A stretch of DNA of 64,000 nt from an uncultured SAR86 cluster bacterium. Lineage in GTDB: Bacteria > Pseudomonadota > Gammaproteobacteria > Magnimaribacterales > D2472. Of this stretch, positions 28,994 to 39,266 are shown one piece after another. The notes under the pieces were generated by a model, which was given only the letters and a program-made list of their open reading frames with translations, did no database searches and was not told where the DNA came from. The DNA is taken from the NCBI GenBank assembly GCA_902520495.1, contig CABYNW010000003.1, forward strand, positions 7,645 to 71,644, written 5' to 3'. A program made the translations under genes and the position numbers. Position 1 is the stretch's first letter. Every line of letters begins with the position of its first letter.

Positions 28994-29798
28994 TCAGATC
29001 TAGCCATATAGGGCAGTGATCAGAAGGTTTTTCCATTGCGCGGGCATCATGATCAATACCAACATCATTGATAGAATTTCTTAGGTTTTCTGACAACAGA
29101 ATATGATCTATTCTTAATCCTCTTTTTGGATTTTGATCAAACATTCTTGATCTATAATCAAACCAAGAATATGTTGTTGAATCATCTGGATATATAACCC
29201 TCCAAGTATCAACAAACCCTAGATCTTTTATGCTATTCCACATTTCTCTTTCTTGGGGTTGAAATGATGTTTTACCTTCTCTCAACCATCTTTTTGCGTT
29301 ATTTTCACCAATACCAATATCAATATCTTCAGGAGAAACATTGAAATCTCCCATCACAATGATATTAGAAGAATTTTGTTTAAGGTTAAGTATGTGTTCT
29401 TTAAGGTCTTGATAATATTTAACTTTTTTAGGAAATTTTGTTTCATGTTTTATATTTTCCCCTTGAGGAAAATAACCATTCATGACAATCAATTCATCAT
29501 TACCGAATTTGTATGTTGATTGAATAAACCTTTTTTGATCTTCTTCAGTATCATTTATAAAACCTTTTACTGTACTGAGAGGTTTTGATTTACTAAGAAT
29601 TGCCACACCATAGTGACCCTTTTGGCCATGATATTCAACATGATAACCAATATCATTAATCACCTCTATTGGGAAGTCTGGATCATTAACTTTAGTCTCT
29701 TGAAGCCCTATAACATCTGGATCAATAGTATCTCTTAAGTGCTCAATTTGATGAGGTCTTGCTCGAATACTATTTATATTGAAAGATACTATCTTCAT
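28986..29798 (-). CDS. xthA: Exodeoxyribonuclease III
   Basis: SFNINSIRAR, GLQETK, GYFPQGE, GDFN, WFDYRS, LRIDHIL, PSDHCP. Confidence 0.96.
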   Translation of the reverse strand: MKIVSFNINSIRARPHQIEHLRDTIDPDVIGLQETKVNDPDFPIEVINDIGYHVEYHGQKGHYGVAILSKSKPLSTVKGFINDTEEDQKRFIQSTYKFGNDELIVMNGYFPQGENIKHETKFPKKVKYYQDLKEHILNLKQNSSNIIVMGDFNVSPEDIDIGIGENNAKRWLREGKTSFQPQEREMWNSIKDLGFVDTWRVIYPDDSTTYSWFDYRSRMFDQNPKRGLRIDHILLSENLRNSINDVGIDHDARAMEKPSDHCPIWLDLNE

Positions 29799-29800
29799 TT

Positions 29801-31828
29801 TCAATTAACAGAAGATAAGATAGTTTTATTTAAGTTTAAGAAATCATTCATAATATTTGTTGATTCTATTAATTGATAGTCATTCTTGAGATTGATTGAA
29901 TTATTATCTTCATTTTCTTGTTCATTATATTCTTCAAGCTCATCATAAGACAAAAATATATCTAGATTTGATGCAAGCCTTCTTTCATTTTCAATCTTTA
30001 AAAGCCAATCTTTTCTTAGATTTTTTTGTAATTCTCTATCTTCAATATTTAGACTTAAGAATTTTTTATTCTTGTTTAGATCGTATCTGCTTCTAATCTT
30101 CTTAAGATAATTTAGATTTGGTTCATCACTCAATCTAAACTCAAACTGATTAACAACTTTATTAATTAATTCATTATCCATTTTAAATTTTTTGTGCCTA
30201 TAGGGTCTAATAACATCCCAAGATAATGCTGTTGGGTAAGAACTTTCACCCACAGTATCAATATCCCATGTGCTAGGCAGCTCTATATCAGGAACCACTC
30301 CTTTATTTTGAGTACTCATTCCATTAACTCTATAGTATTTAGATTCTGTAATTTTAATTTGCCCCTCAGAAAGGTTCTCTAAACTTTGAACCGTACCTTT
30401 TCCAAATGTTCTTTGCCCTACTACTATACCTCTTCGATAATCTTGTATGGCTCCAGCTACTATTTCTGATGCAGATGCAGAATATCTATTAACTAATACA
30501 ATTATTGGTTTATTCCAAACCTGAACAGCTCTGCTGTCTCCATAAGGTTGAATAAAGCCTCTTTTTTGTTTTACTTGAACAGTAGGACCGGAAGAAACAA
30601 AAAGACCAATAATTTTATTAGCTTCAATTAATGCTCCACCTCCATTATTTCTTAGATCAAGTATTACCGCGTCAACATCAGATGTATTAAAATTTTCAAG
30701 GATATTCTTAACATCCTTACTGCTGCTTCTGAAGTTTTTATTTCTTTTTTGATATTCATCAAAATCAATATAAAAGGAGGGCAGGTCTATTATTCCAATC
30801 TTATTATTGTCTATATCTATTATTTTAGATTTTGCAGCTCTATCTTCTAATTTAACTTCTTCTCTTTCCAGGGTAATTAATTTTCTTGAATCAGTTTCAG
30901 AGTTAAATGAAATAAATTCTATTTCAACCTCAGAGCCAATATCACCTCTAATTAGATCAACAACTTCATCTATTCTCCATCCTACAACATCTATAAACTC
31001 TTCCTCATCACCTTGTCTTATTTTTGCTATTCTATCCTCTGGTTTTATTTTTCCTGATTTTTCTGCAGGACCACCAGGTACCAAGCTTATTATCTTTGTA
31101 TAGTCATCTTCAACTCCAAGCAAAGCACCGATACCACTTAGCTTCAAGCTCATATTTAAATCGAAATCTTCAGCAGATCTTGGAGACAAATATGATGAAT
31201 GTGGGTCAAATTGATTGCTTAAAGTATTTATAGCCAATGAAAAAATATCTTCTTCTTTTTGTTGACCTATTCTCCTTACTCTATTTTTATATCTTTTTAT
31301 TAGATCTTCATTAGGTTTAGAGCTAGATGAATCTGAAGTTTTTGCAATTAATAGGTCATTCTTTGTCTCTAGTCTCCATATTTCTTTTAGAGCACTTTTT
31401 GTTAATACCCACTGATTATCTTCTGAAAAAATATCCAAGTATTCATCTTTATTAAAATCAAAATTGTCATTTTCCACTAATTCAATTTGAAATTTAGAAA
31501 ACTTAATAAGTTTTTCAAAGTATAGGTTTATTAATTCATATGCTAGCTCAATATCAAAATCTTTATCGCCTTGGAATTTTGATTGCTCTATAAATTTATT
31601 AATCTCTGTAATAGTGAAATAATTTTTATCTTTATCTAGCTTTTTAATAAGTGCTTGTATATATTTTTTATTGAAGTCAGTTTTATCTTTCTTTTTAAGG
31701 AAGTGATCTTTTTCTAATTTTGAATATATCTCTTTACTTAAATCTTTTTTATTTTGACTCAATTCAATTGATTCATAAGCTGAAAGGCTAATTGTAAAAA
31801 TGAAGGCTAAGAAATATAAAAATTTCAT
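29801..31828 (-). CDS. prc: Carboxy-terminal processing (tail-specific) protease, S41
   Basis: Signal peptide, DPHSSY, PDZ GIGA, DLRNNGGG, SASASEI, TFGKGTVQ, GVVPDI. Confidence 0.93.
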   Translation of the reverse strand: MKFLYFLAFIFTISLSAYESIELSQNKKDLSKEIYSKLEKDHFLKKKDKTDFNKKYIQALIKKLDKDKNYFTITEINKFIEQSKFQGDKDFDIELAYELINLYFEKLIKFSKFQIELVENDNFDFNKDEYLDIFSEDNQWVLTKSALKEIWRLETKNDLLIAKTSDSSSSKPNEDLIKRYKNRVRRIGQQKEEDIFSLAINTLSNQFDPHSSYLSPRSAEDFDLNMSLKLSGIGALLGVEDDYTKIISLVPGGPAEKSGKIKPEDRIAKIRQGDEEEFIDVVGWRIDEVVDLIRGDIGSEVEIEFISFNSETDSRKLITLEREEVKLEDRAAKSKIIDIDNNKIGIIDLPSFYIDFDEYQKRNKNFRSSSKDVKNILENFNTSDVDAVILDLRNNGGGALIEANKIIGLFVSSGPTVQVKQKRGFIQPYGDSRAVQVWNKPIIVLVNRYSASASEIVAGAIQDYRRGIVVGQRTFGKGTVQSLENLSEGQIKITESKYYRVNGMSTQNKGVVPDIELPSTWDIDTVGESSYPTALSWDVIRPYRHKKFKMDNELINKVVNQFEFRLSDEPNLNYLKKIRSRYDLNKNKKFLSLNIEDRELQKNLRKDWLLKIENERRLASNLDIFLSYDELEEYNEQENEDNNSINLKNDYQLIESTNIMNDFLNLNKTILSSVN

Positions 31829-31833
31829 AAATT

Positions 31834-32922
31834 TTACAAACCTTGTGCTTTTGCAGCCTCTTCTCTGACTATTTCTGGAGATCCAAGGATATGTCTATTA
31901 AGACCAATTCTTTTGAACCAAAAATGAAGACCAAGCAAATCAGTAAAACCCATACCTCCATGAACTTCAGTAGCTTTTTTAGAAACCATTTTTGATACTT
32001 CTGAGATATGAGATTTTGCTAAACATGCCATTAGTTTTGAGTCTTTATTAGAATTATCAAAACTATATGCTGCATGCCATACTAATGAATAACATGGTTC
32101 TAATTCAGCGGTCATCTCAGCACACATATGCTTAACTGCTTGGAAAGATCCAATTACTCTATTAAATTGTTTTCTTTCCTTTGAATATTCTACTGCTTTA
32201 TTAATCATTGCTTGAGATGCCCCTAATGAATCAGCAGCAGTGATAATTCTTCCTGCATTCAGAGCCATCTCTATTGATAAAGAAGAAGATTTCGTATTAT
32301 CTAAAATTTCGATAGGCGTATTTTCAAAACTCATTTCTTTATAAGTTCTTGTTTTATCTACTGTAGTAAGATCTATTATTTTAATCCCTTCAGAATCTAA
32401 AGATACAAATCCAATCTGTCCTTTTTTATCACAAAGCATTACATGAGATGCATAATCAGTATCAAGAACAAATAAAGTTCTTCCAGTTACTGTATTATTT
32501 GTAATCGATAGTCCGCTCGAATCTCTTGATCCAAAATATTCAGAAAAACCAATACCAAAACTAATCAAATTTTGAGACATTTCATTAAATAGTTTTTCCT
32601 TTTGTTCGTCACTCGCTCCGAATTTAATTGCTATTGGAGCAATAACATATGGTCCTAGAAAAGGGAAGGTTGCGACACCCTCACCAAGACTTTGACTTAC
32701 TGCAGAAGCAAAAAGTAAGTCTAAACCCAATCCACCATTTTCTTCAGGAATTAAAATATTGTTTATTCCCAAATTTATTAGTCCTTGATTTAATTCATTC
32801 TTTGTTGAGAGATCCTCACCTTCAGATATCTTTTTTATGATATCAAGGGGAGCTTGATCTTCTAAAAACCTCTTTACATTATCTTGAAAGAATATTTGAT
32901 CTTCTGACAATCCAAAATACAT
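31834..32922 (-). CDS. Acyl-CoA dehydrogenase family, short (probably non-catalytic) subunit
   Basis: KERKQFNRVIGSFQAVKH, EVHGGMGFT; degenerate N-terminal FAD motifs. Confidence 0.88.
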   Translation of the reverse strand: MYFGLSEDQIFFQDNVKRFLEDQAPLDIIKKISEGEDLSTKNELNQGLINLGINNILIPEENGGLGLDLLFASAVSQSLGEGVATFPFLGPYVIAPIAIKFGASDEQKEKLFNEMSQNLISFGIGFSEYFGSRDSSGLSITNNTVTGRTLFVLDTDYASHVMLCDKKGQIGFVSLDSEGIKIIDLTTVDKTRTYKEMSFENTPIEILDNTKSSSLSIEMALNAGRIITAADSLGASQAMINKAVEYSKERKQFNRVIGSFQAVKHMCAEMTAELEPCYSLVWHAAYSFDNSNKDSKLMACLAKSHISEVSKMVSKKATEVHGGMGFTDLLGLHFWFKRIGLNRHILGSPEIVREEAAKAQGL

Positions 32923-32923
32923 A

Positions 32924-34168
32924 TTAAGCTCCTTGTTGAGTTTTTGGCTCTCTTGGCATACCCAATCCTCTTTCTGAAATTATATTTTTTTGTATTTGAC
33001 TAGTGCCGCCTCCAATTATTAAGCCTAAATAATACATATAGGTAAATTGCCATGAGCCACCATCTCTAAGATTAGGACTACCATCATATAATGTTCCAAG
33101 CTCACCCATAACATCTATACCAAATCCTTCTAGCTCATGCCTTAATTCAGTACCAATTAATTTTTGGATCATACCTGCCATTTTTACATTTTGTCCTTGA
33201 TTCAATTTAGCTGATAAAACTCTTAATGAATTTGATTGAAATGCCATTACTTTGCCTTGAAGTTTAATTAACTTATCTCTATATGCTGGATTATTTATAA
33301 CCTTTTCTCCATTAATAGTTTCTTGTTTCATTCTATCTATTAGCATATTTAATCTATTCATTGTTGCATTTGGGTCTGTTAGAGAACCTCGTTCATGGCC
33401 TAGTGTTGCATTTGCAACAGCCCAACCTTCACCTCTTTTACCAATAATATTTGCTTCAGGTATAGTAACATCAGTAAAAAATACCTCATTAAAGCCAGCA
33501 TTTAAGGTCATATCTACCAAGGGTCTAATTTCAATACCCGGAGTATCCATAGGTATTAATAGATAACTTATTCCAGCATGTTTCGGTGCATCTGGCTCTG
33601 TTCTAACTAAACAAAACATCATTTGTGAGTATTGAGCCGTACTAGTCCAGATTTTTTGACCATTAATGACCCAATTTCCATCGATTAACTCGCCCTTGGT
33701 TTGAAGGCTTGCTAGATCACTTCCCGCATTAGGCTCAGAATAACCCTGGCACCAAATCATTTCTCCATGCAAAGTTGGCTTGATATATTCTTGCTTTTGT
33801 TCTTCAGTACCAAGCTCTAAGAGGGTAGGCACTAACATATCTATACCTTGACCTCCCATTGGAGAAGGTATTCTATTTGATGCAAATTCGGCAGCAATGA
33901 TTCGGTTCTTAATAATATCTATATCCCCACCATAACCGCCATATTCCTTTGGAATAGATCTAGCAAAATAACCATTCTTAATTAATATTTTTTGCCATTC
34001 AGTTCTTGTTACTTTCATTCCATCAGATTTATCTGAGCTAGCAACTGAACTCAAAGCAGTTAATGCCCCACCTTTTTTATTAGTAATAATTACCCCAGAA
34101 AACTTTTTACAAAATTTTTGTACATCTTTTGTAAAATCTTCATACTCAGTTCCATAATTTAAATCCAT
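32924..34168 (-). CDS. Acyl-CoA dehydrogenase family, catalytic-type subunit
   Basis: WCQGYSEPNAGSDLASL, NGQKIWTS, FNEVFF, LGHER, GGGTSQIQKNII. Confidence 0.92.
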   Translation of the reverse strand: MDLNYGTEYEDFTKDVQKFCKKFSGVIITNKKGGALTALSSVASSDKSDGMKVTRTEWQKILIKNGYFARSIPKEYGGYGGDIDIIKNRIIAAEFASNRIPSPMGGQGIDMLVPTLLELGTEEQKQEYIKPTLHGEMIWCQGYSEPNAGSDLASLQTKGELIDGNWVINGQKIWTSTAQYSQMMFCLVRTEPDAPKHAGISYLLIPMDTPGIEIRPLVDMTLNAGFNEVFFTDVTIPEANIIGKRGEGWAVANATLGHERGSLTDPNATMNRLNMLIDRMKQETINGEKVINNPAYRDKLIKLQGKVMAFQSNSLRVLSAKLNQGQNVKMAGMIQKLIGTELRHELEGFGIDVMGELGTLYDGSPNLRDGGSWQFTYMYYLGLIIGGGTSQIQKNIISERGLGMPREPKTQQGA

Positions 34169-34170
34169 AA

Positions 34171-34956
34171 TCAATCCCAGTTAGGTTTTCTTTTTTCTAA
34201 AAATGCTGCAATACCTTCTTTGGCATCTCTTCCTTCAAAACATTTTGCAATTTGTTCTTGCAAATATGGTAATGCCTCATTAAAACTTTTGCTATCTTGT
34301 TTTTCATATGCTTCTAGACCAAATCGCATAGTCTCAGGAGCTAAACTAGCCAGCTCTTCTGCTAAAGTATTTACAGTCCTGTCTATATCTTTTACATCAA
34401 CTGATTTATTAATTAAACCCCAGCTCTTAGCTTTACTGGCACCTATTGGTTGCCCTCTCATAATAAAATCAAGTCCAGCTCTTTTTGGCATTACTCTAAA
34501 TAGACCAGCCATAACCATAAATGGCCATAAACCTCTATGGATTTCAGGAGCTGAAAATTTTGCATCTTTTACAGCTATTGCATGTGTTGCATTTGTTACT
34601 ATGAGAAGGGCACCTGCAAGAACAGACCCCTGAATTTTACATATTACTGGTTTATATAGATGCCTTAAAGATAGACTAATATCATCCTTGCCTTCTAGCT
34701 TAGGAACATTTGATTCTGATTTTGCCCTAGTAAGATCAGCGCCTGCACAAAAAATATCTCCTTCAGCTGCAATAATCACTACTCTGATAGAATGCTCTTG
34801 TTTTGCATAGGCTAAGGCATAATTTAATTCATTCATCATGACATTATTTAATGCATTCTTCTTTTCAGGCCTATTAAGGGTTATAGTCATAATGTTATTT
34901 TCTATATCTAGTTTAGTGGCTTGAAAATCTAAACCTTCTAAAGATAGTTTTTTCAT
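34171..34956 (-). CDS. Enoyl-CoA hydratase/isomerase family (AtuE/LiuC-like context)
   Basis: TLNRPEKKNAL, FCAGADL, PEIHRG, DAKEGIAAFLEKRKPNW. Confidence 0.88.
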   Translation of the reverse strand: MKKLSLEGLDFQATKLDIENNIMTITLNRPEKKNALNNVMMNELNYALAYAKQEHSIRVVIIAAEGDIFCAGADLTRAKSESNVPKLEGKDDISLSLRHLYKPVICKIQGSVLAGALLIVTNATHAIAVKDAKFSAPEIHRGLWPFMVMAGLFRVMPKRAGLDFIMRGQPIGASKAKSWGLINKSVDVKDIDRTVNTLAEELASLAPETMRFGLEAYEKQDSKSFNEALPYLQEQIAKCFEGRDAKEGIAAFLEKRKPNWD

Positions 34957-34958
34957 AA

Positions 34959-36731
34959 TTATTTACCCTCTAATATATTTTTAGGTACGTTAATCTTTTT
35001 CGCTCTCAAATATTCACCCAGAGATTTAGCTTGCCCATCTTTCCTATTATTAGAAGAGACACCGTCTTGCAAAATATCATGAATATAAAAATTAAGTGAA
35101 TTTATATTCGCTAATTCATATCTATCAATATCAAAATCTTTTAGATCAGGTAAAAGCTCTTTTAGTTTATTAACTGATAAGTAATTTATTAAGAATGCAA
35201 AAGATTTAGAATTTTTTGCCCAAACACCTAGATTTGCACATCCGCCTTTATCTCCTGATCTGGTTCCATAGATATCTCCAAAGTAAATACTTTGTTCATC
35301 ATTTTTCTCAATTTCTTGGATTTTAATTGGTTCTCTTTGGTAATATATTTCTTCAAAACCCATTTGACTGGTTGGGATAACTTCTATTTCCTGATCGCCA
35401 ATATGAACTATTTCTTTTATATATTTACTATCCACCAAGGCCGGCCAATAAACAATTACAGGACCACTTGATTTAACACCACCTTGTGCAAAAAAACCTG
35501 GAATATTTGATAAAGCTAGCTCAATAATTTTTGCACTAAATAATCTGCCTACTAATTCAGCATCCATAGATTTTACTGAAATTACAAGAGATGCCATGGA
35601 TTCCTCATTGCTATTAGGATTTTCTTTGTCAGTTCTATGTAATTGAATTGATACTTCATCAAATTGTTCTTCACCGCCAACTGAATTAAAGAGAGCATTT
35701 GAAAATACTTTTGCTTTTTCTTCTATATCAAGGCCTGTTAAAATTACTTCCATCCCATTACGAAACCCTCCAGCAAGATTAATGCAGACTTTATGATCAT
35801 TGGGAGGAGAGCTGCCCCTACATCCTGAAATATAAACTTTGTCTTTTTCGATATCTTCAATCTTAAGAGTATCAAAATGCGCTATTACATCTGGATTCAT
35901 ATATGCTGGTGTACTAATTTCATATAACAACTGAGCGGTAACAGTTCCTTTTGAAACAAGACCACCTGTTCCAGGATGTTTTGTAACATAAAAACTTCCA
36001 TCTTCAAGAATTTCAGCTATGGGATAACCAATATTATCGAAACTAGGGACTTCTTTAAAAAATGCGTAATTGCCTCCTGTAGCCTGACATCCACACTCAA
36101 TAATATGACCTGCAGCTAATGCTCCTGCCAATGCATCATAATTATTTCTCTTCCAGTTAAATTTCCATGCAGCTGGGCCGATAACCACTGCGGCATCAGT
36201 TACTCGAGGACATACCACGATATCTGCTCCATTATCTAATGCTTCTTTAATTCCCCATGCTCCTAAATATGCATTTGCAGTAAGAGTTATGCATCCAGAA
36301 TCACTTAATGGAATTTTTTTATCAATATTTTGAAAGGATTCGCCTTCATTAGATAGTTCATTTATTCTTGGTAGCAAATTATCACCGTCAATATAAGCAA
36401 CTTTCATATCAATGGATTGATCACTTAAAATTTTTTTAATTTCGCATGCCATTGACTTAGGATTTAAACCACCAGCATTACTAATGATTTTAATATTTTT
36501 TTCTTTACAACTTTTAGCAACTTCTTTTATCTGTTTAAGAAAAGTTCCCACATAGCCTTTATCTTCTCCTCTTTGAAGTTTTTGATTATAAAGAATTGCC
36601 ATGGTTAGTTCAGCAAGGTAATCACCAGTTAGAATGTCAATTGGACCTCCGTCAACTAATTCTCTAGCAGCTGACAATTTGTCTCCGTAGAAACCACTAC
36701 AATTCGCAATTTTAATTACATCTTTGCTCAT
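34959..36731 (-). CDS. atuA: Acyclic terpene utilisation AtuA-family protein
   Basis: IANCSGFYGD, GDYLAELTM, SNAGGLNP, ANAYLG, RVTDAA, GHIIECG, QLLYEI, RSGDKGG, DGQAKSLGE. Confidence 0.88.
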   Translation of the reverse strand: MSKDVIKIANCSGFYGDKLSAARELVDGGPIDILTGDYLAELTMAILYNQKLQRGEDKGYVGTFLKQIKEVAKSCKEKNIKIISNAGGLNPKSMACEIKKILSDQSIDMKVAYIDGDNLLPRINELSNEGESFQNIDKKIPLSDSGCITLTANAYLGAWGIKEALDNGADIVVCPRVTDAAVVIGPAAWKFNWKRNNYDALAGALAAGHIIECGCQATGGNYAFFKEVPSFDNIGYPIAEILEDGSFYVTKHPGTGGLVSKGTVTAQLLYEISTPAYMNPDVIAHFDTLKIEDIEKDKVYISGCRGSSPPNDHKVCINLAGGFRNGMEVILTGLDIEEKAKVFSNALFNSVGGEEQFDEVSIQLHRTDKENPNSNEESMASLVISVKSMDAELVGRLFSAKIIELALSNIPGFFAQGGVKSSGPVIVYWPALVDSKYIKEIVHIGDQEIEVIPTSQMGFEEIYYQREPIKIQEIEKNDEQSIYFGDIYGTRSGDKGGCANLGVWAKNSKSFAFLINYLSVNKLKELLPDLKDFDIDRYELANINSLNFYIHDILQDGVSSNNRKDGQAKSLGEYLRAKKINVPKNILEGK

Positions 36732-36732
36732 C

Positions 36733-37344
36733 TTAGTTCCTTAATTTAATGCCATTTAAGATTATGCTGGTTATTGAATTTGCTGACTCTTCTGGAGATG
36801 ATTCACTCAGTTTATTTTTTTCCTTTATAAATTCCCTTCCGATTCCACCAAGTAAAATTGAGAACGCTTTTGAATCTATATCTTGTATTTCCTTAGCCTT
36901 GATGGATTGGTTTAAAAGCTCTTCCGTTAAGTTCGTAATAAAATCTGCATGATAATCAACAACTGATTCCAACCTTTTTATTTTTTCGATATCTTTAAAA
37001 AACATATTAAATTTTGGGCCTACAACCTGATTGACCATATATAGGTATTTTTCTAATTTTTCTAATGGCGACTTAACTTCAGATATCGACTCTAAAGCAT
37101 ATTTTCCATGTTTTCTTAAAATACTGTCAGTAATCATTATAATTAATTCCTCTTTACTAGGAGCAATTTCATATAAAGTTCTTAAAGATATTTTCAGATT
37201 TGATGCTATTTGAGACATTGTTAGATCAGGAACCCCTTTCTCTAGCATTTTTTCTAAATCTTCAATAATTTCATGATGTCTTTTTGTGAAAGCTTCTTGC
37301 CTTTTAGGATTTAAATTTTTTATATAATTGAAATGCAACATCAT
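36733..37344 (-). CDS. TetR/AcrR-family regulator embedded in Atu-like operon
   Basis: HTH LTMSQIASNLKISLRTLYEIAPSKEEL; ATGA overlap with upstream gene. Confidence 0.88.
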   Translation of the reverse strand: MMLHFNYIKNLNPKRQEAFTKRHHEIIEDLEKMLEKGVPDLTMSQIASNLKISLRTLYEIAPSKEELIIMITDSILRKHGKYALESISEVKSPLEKLEKYLYMVNQVVGPKFNMFFKDIEKIKRLESVVDYHADFITNLTEELLNQSIKAKEIQDIDSKAFSILLGGIGREFIKEKNKLSESSPEESANSITSIILNGIKLRN

Positions 37345-39266
37345 TTATTTTTAATAACCATTAAGAGGGCGCCATTTTCAACTTGATCATTATGTTTTAT
37401 AAATAACTCATCAATAACTCCGTCCTCAATAGCTTTTACAGTATGTTCCATTTTCATGGCCTCTAATACCACAAGAGTATCTCCTTTCTTAATTTTACTT
37501 CCGACTTTAACTTTGAGATCAATTACTTTTCCTGGCATGGGAGCAATCAGCCCACCATCCTTAACTTCTTGCCCAATGGTCTTAAACCTAGGTAATATAG
37601 TTAACAAGATATCCCCCCATGGGCCATGAACTACAAGTTTTTCATCCTTCTTGGTAATTTTAGAAAAAAATCTTCTTTCCTCTATTTCTATATCTATCCC
37701 AAACTTACTCCACTTAATGACTTTTACATTAATACTTGGATTTACAGTAAATGAACCATCTCTATTAGATTTATATTCAACTGATATTTCATTTGAATTA
37801 AATTGAAAGCTAATTTTTTGTTGGGGTAATCTAGAATTTGTCCAACCTGATTGAATTCCTTTTAATATAAGAGCATTATTTCTATTTTCTCCCTGAATCC
37901 ATAGGGTTGCAGCAATTGCTGCTAGAGACTGTTCTTTATCAGTCAATTCTATTGATCTTTTTGGTTTAGCTATATCTATAAAGTCAGAAGTTGTATTGCC
38001 TTTATGAAAATGCTTAGATCTTAAACATGCAATAAGGAAATCTCTATTAGTCGTAATTCCTCCTATATGAAGCGATTGAAGGGCTAAAGCTAATTTATTG
38101 GCTGCATCAGTTCTATTTTTTCCTTTTGCGATTACTTTAGCTAGCATAGGGTCAAAATCAGTACCTATTATTGACCCTTGTTTTACTCCTGTATCCCATC
38201 TAGCGTCTATGTTATCGTCAACCTCATAAGCAATGAGTGTTCCTGTAGCTGGCAAAAAATCTTTTGCAGGATCTTCTGCATATAATCTTGCTTCAATTGA
38301 GGATCCATTCCAAGTAATGTCATCCTGGCTATAACCTAAAGCCTCACCTCTTGCAATTCTTAATTGTTCATATACTAAATCCTTATTTGTAATCTCTTCG
38401 GTAACAGGATGCTCTACTTGTAATCTAGTATTAACTTCTAAAAACCAAAATTCGCCTGTTTTATCATCGACTAAAAATTCTACTGTTCCAGCTGACTCAT
38501 ATTTAAGTTTTTTAGCCATTTTTATTGCGGCATTACCCATAGCCATTCGCATATTTTCATCGACTCTAGGGGATGGAGATTCTTCAATAATTTTTTGATG
38601 TCTTCTTTGAATAGAACATTCTCTTTCGCCTAAATGAACAATATTTCCATGCGAGTCACCAAGAATTTGAATTTCAATATGTCTTGAAGAGGCCACGTAT
38701 CTTTCAATAAAGATTCTGTCATCACCAAATCCAGCTTTTGCCTCTCTCTTAGCACTTGTTATGGAGTCTTTTAGATCTTTCTTTGATTCAACAATTCGCA
38801 TACCTTTACCACCACCACCAGCTGCAGCTTTAATAAGCAGAGGATAACCAACTTTATTAGCTTTTGATGGTTCAGTTGTCATCGGCAGGGTAGGGACTCC
38901 AGCTTTATCAGCAATCTCTTTTGCTTTTAATTTATCACCCATCGAAGTTATAACTTTAGAGCTGGGACCAACCCAGATCAAACCTGCTTTAATAACATCT
39001 CTTGAGAATTTCGCATTTTCTGACAAAAACCCATATCCAGGATGGACTGCTTGAGCACCTGTTTTAATCGCTGCTTCAATAATTTCTTTTCCATTAAGAT
39101 AGGTATCAGTAAGTTTAATTGCTTCATCGGCGAATTTAACAAAAGGAGATTCAGAATCTGCATCTGTGTATACTGCAACACAGGAAATACCCATTCCATG
39201 AGCAGTTTTCATTATCCTGCAAGCAATTTCGCCTCTATTTGCAATAAGCAATTTATGATATGTCAT
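37341..39266 (-). CDS. Biotin-dependent acyl-CoA carboxylase alpha subunit (biotin carboxylase + BCCP; AtuF/MccA-like)
   Basis: LIANRGEIA, HPGYGFLSEN, GGGGKGMR, RECSIQRRHQK, EVNTRLQVEH, EAMKME biotin Lys. Confidence 0.94.
   Translation of the reverse strand: MTYHKLLIANRGEIACRIMKTAHGMGISCVAVYTDADSESPFVKFADEAIKLTDTYLNGKEIIEAAIKTGAQAVHPGYGFLSENAKFSRDVIKAGLIWVGPSSKVITSMGDKLKAKEIADKAGVPTLPMTTEPSKANKVGYPLLIKAAAGGGGKGMRIVESKKDLKDSITSAKREAKAGFGDDRIFIERYVASSRHIEIQILGDSHGNIVHLGERECSIQRRHQKIIEESPSPRVDENMRMAMGNAAIKMAKKLKYESAGTVEFLVDDKTGEFWFLEVNTRLQVEHPVTEEITNKDLVYEQLRIARGEALGYSQDDITWNGSSIEARLYAEDPAKDFLPATGTLIAYEVDDNIDARWDTGVKQGSIIGTDFDPMLAKVIAKGKNRTDAANKLALALQSLHIGGITTNRDFLIACLRSKHFHKGNTTSDFIDIAKPKRSIELTDKEQSLAAIAATLWIQGENRNNALILKGIQSGWTNSRLPQQKISFQFNSNEISVEYKSNRDGSFTVNPSINVKVIKWSKFGIDIEIEERRFFSKITKKDEKLVVHGPWGDILLTILPRFKTIGQEVKDGGLIAPMPGKVIDLKVKVGSKIKKGDTLVVLEAMKMEHTVKAIEDGVIDELFIKHNDQVENGALLMVIKNK

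Noticed and set aside
34220-34633. 137-aa plus-strand ORF and the many other 60-115 aa overlapping ORFs in the track (e.g. 1796-2041, 12107-12352, 57192-57485, 60853-61200, 61945-62163)
   Set aside because: Antisense or off-frame shadows of well-supported genes with no recognisable motifs
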